Source: Protoeuglena noctilucae
Lineage: Eukaryota
NCBI GenBank assembly: GCA_958009085.1
Contig: OY253671.1
Span: forward strand, 1-64,000
DNA length: 64,000 nucleotides
Reading direction: 5' to 3'
A program made the position numbers and the translations under genes. Below are positions 13,105 to 25,817 of the stretch, piece after piece (within the stretch, counting starts at the first letter, position 1; every line of letters starts with the position of its first letter). The notes under the pieces were generated by a model. That model was not told the origin of the DNA. It worked only from the letters and a program-made list of their open reading frames with translations, and did not search any database.

Positions 13105-13884
13105 ATGGCAGCGGCAGGGGAGGCAGGCCAGGCCGCGGAGTCGCCTCAGATGCGTGCGCTCCGTCTCCAGCGCCTCTTAACGCCTCTCGTGGCGCAGGGT
13201 AAATGGGAAGGCGAGTTTAGAAAGGCGCGGTCGATCAGGGGGACGCCCAGCATGCTTGTTGCTGATGAATTGCCAAGGCTCTCTGATCCTCTCCGATCCC
13301 CGCAGAGGCCATTTCCTTGGCGCTGGAGATCCGGAGCCTGGATCCCCGCAACGAGCGCGTGCTCCACATCCTGGCCCTGCTGGTGAGGGGCCGCCACGCT
13401 GGCATGCTGCGAGCGTGCTTCCCATACACAGAAGTGGCATTGCAGCAAACCCCTGGTGCAGCAAACCCCTGGCGTTCCCCATTCGCAGCGGGAGAAGCTC
13501 CTTTTGGACCGCGCTGCTCGCGAGGGCGACGGCGATGATGAGTTGGGCGAGGAGGACGACAGTGACCGAGGCTGTGATGTCGCCAATGGGGACGGAGTGT
13601 CCTCTTCACCCTCCACGTCGTCGTCTTCCGGTGACACGGACGATGCGGTCGAGGAAATGCTGGAAGACGCAGCGGCGGTGGGGGAGGGGCGGGCGGGCGT
13701 GGCTGGGAGGGGCCCGGTGGCGGCGGGGCGCGTGATGGGACGCGGGGAGCGGGCGAGGATGCGGGATGGCCTCGCGCGGCAGTTGCTGGGGCTGCGGCTG
13801 CAGCAGGCAATGGCACCCGGGCAGGAAGGGCGGGGAGCAGGTGCTGGTGCAGGCGCGGGTGCGGGTGCGGGTGGGGGCAGCTGA
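13105..13884 (+). CDS. Small hypothetical protein with a short helical (TPR-like) N-terminus and an acidic tract; possibly ERICH2-like
   Basis: Three exons splice in frame: ...LLTPLVAQ-EAISLALEIRSLDPRNERVLHILALL-REKLLLDRAAREGDGDDELGEEDD; TGA at 13882-13884. Confidence 0.55.
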
Positions 13885-14111
13885 CGCGTGGCAGTTGAAG
13901 GGGATTGTGCGTGGGTACTAGGCTGATATCACGCGACGCAAAGGGGCGCGGCTACTCGACGGCAGGGGCAGAGATGCCCGGAAAACTACGGAAGGCAGCG
14001 GCGGTGCTGCGGGTGCTCCAGCTGTGCTCTCAAGGCGCTGTGCTTGGGTCAACTGTGGCTAGAGCGCAGGGCGGCGCGCGGGGCAACAGACGAGCCCGCG
14101 CGCCCCATGCG

Positions 14112-17100
14112 TTACCGGCCACCCTCCTCCTGCCCCTCGCTCACACTCCCGCTCCCACTGTCGCCCTGTCCCCCGCGTCCCTCCACCCCACGCCCCTCCA
14201 GCGACACTCGCTCCCACGGAATCCTCGACGGCATTGCGATGCGCACCTCCCCCTGGCTGCGACGCCCGGACTTGTTCCCCAGCTGATGCCCCACTGCCGC
14301 ATCCGACTGAGCCGACGCGGTGCGGCTGTGACCATGGCTATGGGCGTGGCTGTGGGTGTGGCTGTTGCCGTGGCTGTGGGTGTGGCTGGGGGCGCGAGCG
14401 GGGCCATCCTCGGCGTGGGATGGCCCCTCCGCGATGGGGCGCAGCTGGGGCGGAGGGCCGAGGACCACGGTGTCGGGCAGAGGCCCCAGAGACGGGTAGT
14501 GGCGCACGCGTCCGTGCCGCGAGGCGTCCAATGGGTCGGTGCTGCGTGGCGTGAAGGGTCCGGGGCTGCCTGCGTCGCTGGAGCGCGCAGACCCGGCGGA
14601 CGGTCGGGTGGACGGCCTTGCTCCCTGCCGGACGAGTGCGGGGTGGATGAAGCGCTCCTCCACTTGCTTGAACGTCGGGATGCTCCTGCGAGGGAGAGCA
14701 CGACAGGGGGTATGCTGGGAATGCATGGAATGGCACAGGTCACATGCGTTGGTCAACTGCTATCCCTGCCACTCCTGCAGCCACGCACTTGCGCATGGAC
14801 GCGAGCCTCGCCGATGCCCGCTGCACCGAGGCGCGGAAGCTCTTGGCATGGGGCACGCCGGCGGGGGTGGACGCGGACTTGAAGAGCGTGGAGGGCTGGG
14901 TGCTGTCGGTGGAGGGAGGGCTCTCTCTGCGGGAATGGAAAAGGTGGGGGTGGGTGAGACAGCGCTCTGGTGTGTTACTACATGACGCAATGCATGGCGA
15001 CGGTTGAGAGAGCGTCATGATGTGTTACTACATGACGCGATGTACAGTGCCTCTCTTACTCACCCCCTCTGCCCCGTCGACCGTGGCGCGTGGGGACGTG
15101 GGCGCCAGTTCCGCATACATGGGCAGCCGCGTGCCCCCGCGAGTGCTGTCGTCGGCCCTCAGCTTGAACTGCGGGCGAGGGAGAGCAACCATTGGTATCC
15201 ACATGGGGGGAGATGGCAGAGTCAGTGGGCGAATAGAGAGGGTGGAGTGAGTGGACGGGGGCATGGCGAGCGCTGGGGTTAGGACATGGCAGGTGGCACG
15301 AGGCGTTCTCGCGTCCTCACCCGGTCGACGAGGTCGTGGGACACCCCCCCCAGGAAGAGGATGGTGAAGGCGGCAATGCCCAGCGTGACGCTCATCACCG
15401 CACGGGCCGAGGCCTTGCCGCTGAGGTCGCTGACCATCTCAATCGCCAGCGCCACTGCCACGCCGCCGCGGAGACCTGGGGTGGCGGAGAATGGATAACG
15501 GGTGTCATTCAGTCTCACCACGCGGTGGGTGAGACACACAGGTGGCTGGCGAGCGCGTGCGCGTGTTGCCTGACAGGGCGAGCATGTGCTTGTGGGTCGA
15601 GGGAATGGCCCTTTCCTTCGCCCGCACAGCGTTGATAGCCGCCACACCCGGGTAGACGTGCATGCACCGCGCGATGTTGATCAGCACCAGCGTGGCCAGG
15701 AAGAGCATGAACTCGTGCCAGTCAGTGCCGAGGAGGAACATCGAGGCGCCGATGTAGACGAACACAAACGTCTCGGCAGTCTTGGCGAGGATCCTGGGGA
15801 TGAGGGGCAGAGGGGGGAGGGGTTGATGGGTGGGTGCCCGACTGGCATGGACCGCAACAGGTGTCCTCATCATCAACATCCCCTCTTCTAAAAACTCACT
15901 TGAAGAAGCCGATGATGGTCTCGCGGGCACTCGCGGAGAGGTTGTGGATGGTGTACCGCGCCACCACGATGCCGCAGAACAGCACCGCCACGATGCCGGA
16001 CATCTGCACGCCGTCCGCCAGCATGTACGCGACGTAGGCGAACAGGGCCAGCATGGACGCCTCGATGATGTGGCCGTGCTGGCTCTCTGGGGACAAGGGC
16101 ACTGGGGAGCCGGTGGGGATGATACGATGGGCGGCAGCCTTCATCGCATCGCAGACGGCAGCGGGGGTCGTCGGTGGTGGGACGTGCATGAGGGGTGCGC
16201 CTAGCGGATGCAGACTAACCACAACAGTCTTAATATGACTTCCATCTATCCACGCATCACACTCCCATGGCCCCAGCCTGGCTGCTTCCTTGCCTTCCCC
16301 GCCCCGGAAGACGCCCGTGCGGAAGAGGAGGGCGGCAATGATGCCCACGCCTGCCCCGATGGCCAGGGAGCCGACAACGATGGCCAGGAAGGAGCCGACG
16401 GCGAGGAGGGACTCGTGGGCCGTGATGGGCTGCGCGGGGGGGAGGGAGGAGTGGGGTGTGGGTGTGGGTGTGGGGGTGGTGAGGGACGCGCACATCTGGG
16501 CATCTGCTGTGAGAGAGCCTGAGAGTATCGGAGAGCATTTAAAAGACTCTTTGGCACTCACCACGATCAGGAACCTCTTGAATGCGCGGTACAGGACGAG
16601 TGCGACAGCATCATTGAGGACGCTCTCCCCGAACACCAACGCGTACATGTCCTCTTGCACCCTGCGAGGGGCCAGGGGGGGAGGAGAGTGACACACATGT
16701 TGTGTGGGAGTGTCACTGGTAATCACGCATGCCCAATCACGCATGTCTAGTCGCTGCACGCACCCCAGCTGGTTGAAGATGGCGAGCACCGTGACGGGGT
16801 CGGTGGCGGAGATGAGGGCGCCGAAGAGCAGCGACTCCACCAGGGTGAGGCGGAAGCAGACGTGGGCCACTCCCAGGAAGAAGAGAGCCACGCCGACCAC
16901 GATGGCGGAGACTGGGGGCGGGGAGGGCGACATGTTACATTGCATGCATGCTAGGGTGCACTGCGGGCGCGTGCGCAGTGGGAAGCATCGCTGAGCCGCG
17001 TGGGCGTCGCTCACGCAGGGTCCCCGCGAATGCGAAGTAGGAGATGGCTCCGAAGTTGCGGAAGAAGGGCCCTGGGTCCATGGAGATGGCCGACTCGAAG

Positions 17101-17962
17101 ATGATGGGCGGGAGCAGGAAGAGGAAGAAGAACTGTGGGAGATGGGGGGGGGAAGGTTGGGAGGTGGGTGAGTCGGGGCGCAGGAGTTGTTAGGGTAGAC
17201 CGTTGGGGCATCCCCAGTCATGGGTAGCACAGGCAGTGATGGCGGTGAACGCAGCGGTGGCGGTGAGCAGCGCGTCGCCGTCAGGGTGCATCTCCATTAG
17301 CAGTCATGGCACTCGCCTCCGGGTGGAAGGAGAGGAAGGCCCGTTCGTTGGCCTGGCTGGACGCCGCGTTGACGATGGCCCCCGCCACCGCCCCCAGCAC
17401 CAGGGCCGCCGATGCTTCGGGGATGTACCGGGCCACGCGGCGGGGGAGGGCGCGGTCGATCCAGAACCCCAAAGCCAGCGCGGCGAGGAGGAAAACGATG
17501 TATATCATGATGGAAATCGAGGCCACCGACTGCGGGGTGACAGGAGGGCGGGCGCGGGGGTGCAGACTTGAGTGTGAGAGACGTGACCCCGCAGCGGCAT
17601 CGCCGGGTGCGACAGCGCGAAACGAGGACTAAACAAAACTTTTCTTCCCAAAGATACACCCTGTCCGCGGGCAAGGCGCCAAGGTGCCCGCCACGTCGCG
17701 CCCGGGACAAGTGTATAAAAGCGGCGCCGTACCCGACTTGCCAAGGCCGCAGCCGCGCGAGCCCGGGCTCCCGCACGACATGCTCGGTAGTTCGGCAGCT
17801 TACGTTGCAGTATCACATGTCGTCGGAAACCATCTCATCGTTCCGAAGGCCCTCCGTCGGGAGCACGGGAGGCGGTTGCGGGCTCACCTCGCTCGTCTGC
17901 AGCACCCCCTCATTGACCACCACGGTGGGGGAAGGGACCGCATCGAGAAGCTTCATGGTCAT
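14112..17962 (-). CDS. NHX: Na+(K+)/H+ exchanger, CPA1/NHX (NHE8/NHX5-6-like), tandem copy A
   Basis: [83 protein letters not shown]. First coding exon [25 protein letters not shown] (17962-17888); TAA at 14112. Confidence 0.93.
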
Positions 17963-18553
17963 CGCTGCCTCGTGGAGGACTCGCTCGCCCAGCGCTTCAG
18001 CGGTTCGCACACAGCGAGCCGCAGCACCCCCGTGCCGTACCCCGCACCGGGGCCGCGGTCTGCAGTGGCGATGGGGGCCATGGGCGATGTCACGCGGCTC
18101 TCCTGATACCACATTGGTCATATCGAGCAAAATTTGGGCAGAAAGCGGCCCGATGAGGTGGAAACGTTGCAGACACTCACCTGGACCTAGCGCTCGAACC
18201 GACGCCCACGCCTTTGCGCTTGCGTGGCGAGGATGTCGAGTAGTTATCACAGGACACGATAGCTAGCTGAAAGCAGCGATGTGCGCGCTTGACTTTGGCG
18301 GCGCGAGGTTTCCCCGACGAGGCCGCTTTCCGTCCTCCGACGCGGGCGTGTGGTGATTTTGTACCAGAGAGAACCCTCGGGACTGGCCGGTTCGGGCGAA
18401 AGCGGCGCTACGAGCGCGAATCGCGGGGACACGTGATTGAAACTCTAGGGTGTTTTACCCAGAGCGATTCGCGACGCCTTTCAAAGGCCCGCCAACGGAT
18501 AGAGAACGACAACATCATCGTGTGCACGAACCACAGGAGCGCCCGTCGCGCCG

Positions 18554-21500
18554 CTACTTGCGCGCGCCGCGGCCGCGCCCCAGCATGGACGACCCAGGGA
18601 TCTTCCACCCCCCGAGGTTGCCCAGGGACCCGGGCAGCTTCCACCCCGACGCCGACGAGGGGCGGTCGCCCACGAGGGCCCCCGACTCGGTCTCCCCCTC
18701 CCCGTCTTCGTGCAGTTCCATCTCCTGCCACGTGGCGGGACCGGGCCCCGCCTCCTCTCCCGCAGCGCCCGCCGTGGCACCCACCCCCCCGCGCCCCCCG
18801 TCGCCCAGCCCGGCCCCGCCCATCCCCGCGCTCGCCTCCCTCGCCCACGTCTCCTGCGCGGGCGTGTGCCTGCCCCCCGCCGACCCCTCGGGGTGGCCGG
18901 TTGAGGGCGAGTCGTACTCTGCGTACTCGAGGGCCGCCGCAGACATGGACACGGTCGCGGGACCGTGGTGGGAGCCGCGGTGGTCGTGGCCGGGCTCGTG
19001 GCTGATGCTGTGGCTGTGGCTGTGGGTGTGACCGTGGCCGTGGCTGTGGCCGTGGCCGGCGGGGGTGTGGGGTGCGGTGGAGCTGGCGCCCTTGTGGAGC
19101 AGGGCCGGCTGGATGAAGCGCTGCTCGAGGGTGTCGAAGGAGGGGATGTGCCTGGGGAAAGGGGAGAGGCAGGGGCGGTGGGCGGCATGAAAGTGCGGGG
19201 GTCAGTGATGGGCAGGCTTATTGCTGACGGCAGCTATCCGTCAGTGTGTCGGGAGTGCTGCCGCGACATCGCCGCTCACTTGCGCAGCTTCTCTGACGCC
19301 ACCTTGAAGACGCTGGGGGAGCGGCGGTGGCCCACGGCACCATCCGCGATCTTGGAACCCTGGGGAGGAGGGGGAGGGGGTCACAGTCGCACCCGGCAGG
19401 CTCCTGCAAAGCTCAGGACAGGAGCCATGTTCGCACGCCCCCCTGCACACCATATCCCCGCCGGTTGCTCACCCCGTTGACGATGGGCGTGCCATCGTCC
19501 GCGTCCGTGGGGGCCTGCAGTGCGCTGTACTGGGGGAGCTCGACGCTGATATCGGGGGGGGAGGCCGCGCGGAGGTCGAGCTGCGGGGGCCGAGAGCAGC
19601 GGCGCGTCAGCCTGGGTGGTGCAGCCGTGCGTGATGTGAGATGCGGGCCTCTATCATGCGTGACATGTAATGCTATCCTCTCTCCCTCCCTCATCCGCGC
19701 TGCCACCCCGCTTCCACCCGCTGCCACCCCGCCCCAGCCGCCTCGCCTTCTCCACGAGGTCGTGGGAGAGGCCTCCCAGGAAGAACACCGTGAAGGCGGC
19801 CAGGCCGAGCGTGACGCTCATGATGGCGCGGGCCGAGTCGGAGCCGTCGAGGTCGCCCACCATGGAGATGGCGAGGGCCACGGCCACGCCGCCGCGGAGA
19901 CCTGGGATGGTGGGGAGAGGCACGAGTCGGTCATGCCAAGGGTCAGAATAGGGCCGGTATGCAGGGCACGCGACCGCCACCCTCTCAGCAGCTGGCATCA
20001 CTCAGTCTGCCCCCTCGTGTCTCTCTCACCAGACACGAAGAGCATCTGCTTGTGGGTCTTGGGGATGCGCCTGCCCGGCCGCCGGATGAAGTTGATGACC
20101 ACCACGCCCGGGTAGACGTGGATGAAGCGGCCGATGTTGACGGCCACCAGCGTGGCCAGGAAGAGCATGAACCGGTGCCAGTTGGTGCCGAGGAGGAAGG
20201 CGGAGAGGCCCATGTAGATGAAGACGAAGGCCTCGGCACACTTGGCAAGGATCCTGGGTGAGTGAGAGGGGTGCGTGTGAGCGTGAGCGTGAAGGGAGTC
20301 GTGTTAACACCGGTGCCCATGGGCATGTGGGCTAGAGGGCTGCGCGGGTCTCGTGCCAAGTGGTCACTTGAAGAAGGTGAAGATGGTGTCCCTGGCGCTG
20401 TCCGACAGGTTGTGGATGGTGTAGCGAGCCATGACGATGCCGCAGAAGAGCACCGCCACGATGCCCGACAGCTCCAGGCCGTCCGCCAGCATGTAGGCGA
20501 CGTAGGCCCACATGGCCAGGAGGGACGCCTCGAGGACGTGGCCGTGCTTGTTGTCTGCGAGGGGGGTGCGCGGGTGTGGGTGTAAGTGCGGGTGTGACGG
20601 AGCGGGTGCGGGTGCGTCTGCGGGTGCAGTCCTGTCCAATAAGCGACCTCTGCCACACCACGTCTCACCCTCCGTGGATCGGAAGGTCCCGGCCCTGAAG
20701 ACGAGCGCGGAGATGACCCCCACGACCGTGCCAATGGCGAAGGACCCCAGGAAGATGCCGAAGAAGGAACCCACGGCCTTGAAAACCTCGCGGGTGGAGA
20801 AGGGCTGCGGGGGGTACACAAGAACAGGGATTTTAGTGACTGGCAGCTGTCGGCAGTGAGACTGCTTTGCCTTGCATGCCAACCATGTCGACCATCGTCG
20901 GGATGGCAGGGTCATGAGACATGACGCACCACGTCGAGGAACCTCTTGAATGCGCGGTACAGCACGAGTGCGACGGCGTCGTTCAAGACACTCTCCCCGA
21001 ACACGAGGGCGTAGAGGTTCTCGTTCACGCTGCGAGGGGCAGCGGGGCGAGGCGGGTGGGTGACGCGTGTGACATGCGCACGTGCCCAGGTCACGCATGC
21101 GTAGTCTAGTCGCTGCACGCACCCCAGCTGGTTGAAGATGGCGAGCACCGTGACGGGGTCGTTGGCGGAGATGAGGGCGCCGAAGAGCAGCGACTCCACG
21201 AGGGTCAGGGGGAAGCAGATGTGCCACACGCCCATGAGGTAGACAAACCCGCCCACGAAGAGCGCAGACACTGCAAAAGAGCAAAGCAGAAATGTTGAAT
21301 AGGACAGAGTCAACAACCATGCGCACGCGTGTTGCTGTGGGATGCAAAGGCCACGCGGCGCACCGAACGTCCCCGCGAATGCGAAGTAGGAGATGGCTCC
21401 GAAGTTGCGGAAGAAGGGCCCCGGGTCCATGGAGATGGCCGACTCGAAGATGATGGGCGGGAGCAGGAAGAGGAAGAAGAACTGGGGAGACGGGGCGGTG

Positions 21501-22185
21501 GGTGCAGGTGTGCAGAAGCCGGTGGATGCACCACAGCCGATCCGCGCCATCTTATGATCGACGCCGCCCGCGTCTTCTCACCTCCGTTTTGAAGGCGAGG
21601 AACTCTGTCTGGCTCTCCTTGGACGACACGATGGACACGATGAAGCCGGCAAGGGAGCCGATGAGGAGGGACGAGGAGGCCTCGGGGATGTAGCGGCTGA
21701 TGCGCGACGGGAGCGCGTGCTCGACGAGGAAGCCCAGGACCACGGCGAAGATGAGGAGGAGGAGGTAGATCACGATCGAGAGCGACGCGATGGACTGCGG
21801 GGAGGGGCCACACAGGGGCGCAGGTCGCGCGGCGCGCCTCGACAGTCGTGCGGGGGTGGAATTGGCGGATGCGTACTCGTTGAGACGAAAAAGCGAGTTC
21901 GGTATCCAGCTGGCCGAGCTCCGATGGAGGCTGCGGGCGGTGAGCTCCCTAACGCTGCCGCAAGACGTTGGGACGTGGCACGCCCCCAGCGCGCCATTGG
22001 CCCTGAGAAATCGCCTACGACTGTCGCAACATAACAGTCGAGCGGCGGATGCCACCGCGCACGCATATTCGACCTCCGGCGAGCGCGTAGTCCCCCCGAC
22101 CTACGCGCACCTCCGCAGACACGAAGATGCCCTCTGCCGCCGCCGCAGGCGTGGCTTCGGACGCCAAGAGCTGCATTCCCGACAT
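18554..22185 (-). CDS. NHX: Na+(K+)/H+ exchanger, CPA1/NHX, tandem copy B
   Basis: Same motifs and matching intron positions as copy A ([45 protein letters not shown]). First exon [28 protein letters not shown] at 18554. Confidence 0.93.
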
Positions 22186-22492
22186 GACTTCCGATATGTC
22201 GCAGCCGTCACGGCCAAGAGCCCCGGGATGCTCGGGCTGGGAGCAGGTTTTCTTAACTCCCCTGCACCCACACGTGCGCGGCGATCCCCCCGCCGAATCA
22301 CGTCTGTCCGGTCCGACGGGTGCCGCGGCCAGTCACAAATATGTTTCGCGGGTGCCCTGCGCCGCACTCGGCCGCTGCCGCGCGCGCCTTGCGGCCAGAA
22401 ACTGCCGGACAGAGGTGGAGCGCCCACGCTTTGGAATCCCCGCCCGCGCCGCCTCTACTAGCTCCCTTGATTCCTTCCGCAAGTGTGCCGCT

Positions 22493-22979
22493 ATGCAGGT
22501 GAAGGCCCGGGCGCGGCGGGCGCTCGCGTCCGTCCGGTTCCTGTGCGGCTCCGGAGCGCAGCGAGCGGGCTGCCCCCTCGCCCGACCTCGCGACGGGCGC
22601 TTTCCGCTCGTTTGCTCCGCATCGGCCGATCATGTACCGGCCGTCCCCCGATCCTCGAGCGCGGGGGCAGGGCCCGGCCATGATCCTCCGATTGCGCCCG
22701 ACGCCGCGCCTCTCGCCGGTCTGCGCAGCGCACGGAGAAAATGTCGTTGCGTCATCTCCAACTGGCCACCGCCGATCCGTCCCGCAGGCGCTGGCGTCGA
22801 CTGCCGGTCGGGCCCCCTCTGTGGGCCTGGCCAGGCCCCAGGGTGCAGTCAGCCGCCCCGCGGTGGCCCGGGCGGTGAAGGACGTGTTCATGCCGGCTCT
22901 GTCGTCCACGATGACGGAGGGGAAGATTACGCAGTGGCTCAAGAGCGAGGGGGACAAGATTTCCAAGGGCGAGCCCATT
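22493..22979 (+). CDS. LTA2: Plastid pyruvate dehydrogenase E2 (dihydrolipoamide acetyltransferase), 5' fragment truncated by the gap
   Basis: A two-codon first exon ATGCAG|gt at 22493 splices to ALASTAGRAP... (transit-like), followed by the lipoyl-domain start VFMPALSSTMTEGKITQWLKSEGDKISKGEPI. Confidence 0.88.
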
Positions 22980-23179
22980 NNNNNNNNNNNNNNNNNNNNN
23001 NNNNNNNNNNNNNNNNNNNNNNNNNNNNNNNNNNNNNNNNNNNNNNNNNNNNNNNNNNNNNNNNNNNNNNNNNNNNNNNNNNNNNNNNNNNNNNNNNNNN
23101 NNNNNNNNNNNNNNNNNNNNNNNNNNNNNNNNNNNNNNNNNNNNNNNNNNNNNNNNNNNNNNNNNNNNNNNNNNNNNNN
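22980..23179. other. Scaffold gap (200 N)
   Basis: Run of N. Both flanking genes lack their 3' ends. Confidence 0.99.
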
Positions 23180-25628
23180 GTGAAGCGATGGCAAGCGAGG
23201 GGGCACTAGTGACGCAGCAGCACGCGAGGAGTGCTACTGGTGTGAACAACCAAGCAGTTGTACTCAGTCGCACCCCCTCCCATGTCATCGTGATCATTGC
23301 GTGTGTCTCTCCACCCGACCCCCCCCGGCGCCAGGTTGCCGTAGAGGATCTGGATGTGCCCGGTGGGCTTGATGGGCGTCTCCATGGGGAGGATGACCTT
23401 CTGGCCCGCGGACAGGTCCGGGCAGCTGGCCAGGTTCTCACCCAGGGTCTTGCCCGTCACCGTCATGCTGGGGGCAGGAGAGGGGGCGACACGCATGTGA
23501 TCTCTCGGCAACAGCGACGATCCACAACACTGGCCCTTATCTCTATCCATGCTCTGCTTGCACGTGTGTTCGCCTGACCCCCTCGCCTTACCCCTCACCA
23601 CCCCTGTCACCAACTCGCACCCCCGCTATGCTCCCCACATCTAACCCCTTTAACCCACCCCCCTCACCACCTCCCGTCGATGAGTCCCTTCTGCATCAGG
23701 TACTTGAGCACCGCGGGCGTCCCCCCGACCTTGTGCAAGTCCTCCATCACAAACCGACCCGAGGGCTTCAGGTCGGCCAGGAAGGGCACACGGTCCGAGA
23801 CACGCTGATAGTCATCCAGCGACAGGTGGATGCCCACCGCGTGTGCCATGGCCGTCAGGTGCAGCACGGCGTTGGTCGACCCCCCCAGGGCCATCACGGT
23901 CACCAGGGCGTTCTCAAAGGCAGCGCGCGTCATGATGTCGCGGGGCTTCAGGTCCATCTGTGGGGGTGTGTGGGTGGGGGAGAGTTTACTAGTGGTCATT
24001 GCATGTAACGGAGCATCTGCGCATGCCACATTAGAGCAGCAACGGTAGCAGCAGCCACAGATGTATAAGCAACACGGACAACGGCTCTCTGTCGAGCAGT
24101 CACCGACAGTTGTGCATGTATAAACACAATCGACACGGACAGCGGCGCTCTTCCCCTCAGCCACCCTCTCTGGCCCTCTCAGCCATGCATCCACCATAGT
24201 GCTATGCATCTCCCTAACCCCCCCCCTCGCCTGCAGCAGCTTGAGCACCGCCTGCCCCGCCATGCGGCACTCGTCGGCCTTCAGAGGGTCCTCGGCAGGG
24301 ATCGAAGACGAGTAGGGCAGGGTCATGCCCAGCGCCTCGATCGCGGACGCCATCGTGTTGGCCGTGTACATGCCGCCACACGCGCCCGCGCCGGGGCACG
24401 AGTTGCGCACTGCGGGAGAGGGAGAGAGGGCGACGATGGTGAGGTCACCTGCCGCAGCATGCTAGCAACAGTCGCACCCACACCCGCCACAAGCGAGTCA
24501 GTGACACAGCTAGCTGATGTGGCTTCCAGACCATTGCCCTTGATATAATACAAAGTGAGTTCCCCATTGGTGTCTCTCACCGATGTCAGCCCTCTGCGCC
24601 TCGGTGATGAGCCCAGCGGAGTATGCCCCGAAGGACTGGAAGGCCGACACGATGTCAAGGGTCGCGCCGTCGATCGTGCTGTGGCCGGGCTTGATGGTCC
24701 CTCCGTAGATCATCAAAGCGGGGCGATTGAGCCTTCCCATAGCGATGAGCGTGCCCGGCATGTTCTTGTCGCAGCCGGGCAATGAGACGTTAGCGTCGTA
24801 CCACTGGGCAGACATGACGGTCTCAATCGAGTCTGCGATCAGGTCGCGGGACTGGAGGGAGAAGGACATGCCGTCCGTGCCCATGGAGATGCCGTCCGAC
24901 ACACTGGGGGGGGAGAAGGGGGGGATGGGTTAGGGTGGTATGTGGGTGTGTGTGGGGGAGAGGGAGAGGGGCGGATGAGTAAGGTAGGTGTATGCGTAGA
25001 GAGCGTGGCAGCGACAGCAATAGAGGCGCAGGAGGCGATTGCGACATCGCGAGGTGCATGCGATGCGCCTGCTCAGCTGGCTCACCCGATCGTGTTGAAT
25101 CGGAATCCCACCATGCCGGCCGCCTCCACGCCGCGCTTCACCTCCTCGGCCAGGCGCATCAGGTGCATGTTGCAAGGGTTGCCCTCGTACCACACGGAAG
25201 AAATGCCAACCTGAAACGCGGACGCGATATGCGCGTCGGACCGCGGCGCATTTCCGCGGAACGCCCGCACGGCCGCACTCCCACGAGCAGGGGAGCGTCA
25301 CGCGGCGAGCGCTGGGCGCGAATACCCACACCAAGCCCGCGTATACGGCCGATGTGACCGCAGCTGCGTGCACGCGGTCGTCATCGCCAACGCGCGGGCC
25401 GCCGGGGCCCCTCCGCACCTGGGGCTTGTTCAGGTCCTCCTCCTTCAGCCCCGTCGCGTACAGCATGGCCTGGGACGCACCCTGCGACCGAGGCTGAGTG
25501 ATGCGAGACGAGTACTTGTTCAGGCCCTCCGTCGCCACCTTGGTCGCCGCGGCCGTGACCCGGCGGCCGCGCTTCGGGCCATCGGCCCGGCGCGGGGCCG
25601 CCTGAAGACAGACGGACTGCGCGATCAT
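23180..25628 (-). CDS. ilvD: Dihydroxy-acid dehydratase (plastid), 3' end lost in the gap
   Basis: [97 protein letters not shown]. Confidence 0.97.
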
Positions 25629-25817
25629 GGCGAGGGTCCAATCGCGAAGAAATCTTAGCCTCGGCAGCAAAACCGCGGCCCCAATCGCGGCCGGCCGCAG
25701 GTCATCATGGGGCATACCATGGATGACTGGCGCCGGCCTCGAGTTCCGCCGCCTCGCAATGCACCTGCCCTTTCCTTCTCCTCTCGCTGCTGCCGTCGTC
25801 GGGTCCCGTCGCCCGGG

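Noticed and set aside
9056..15045. Short intronic tandem duplications (~9056-9111, ~13441-13472, ~14971-15038)
   Set aside because: They are purely intronic and not exon-derived, so they are not counted as echoes. They only indicate a general tendency to local duplication.
17813..18250. Apparent standalone 145-aa ORF between the NHX copies
   Set aside because: It contains the first coding exon of NHX-A (homologous to the NHX-B first exon) plus probable 5' UTR and intron sequence.
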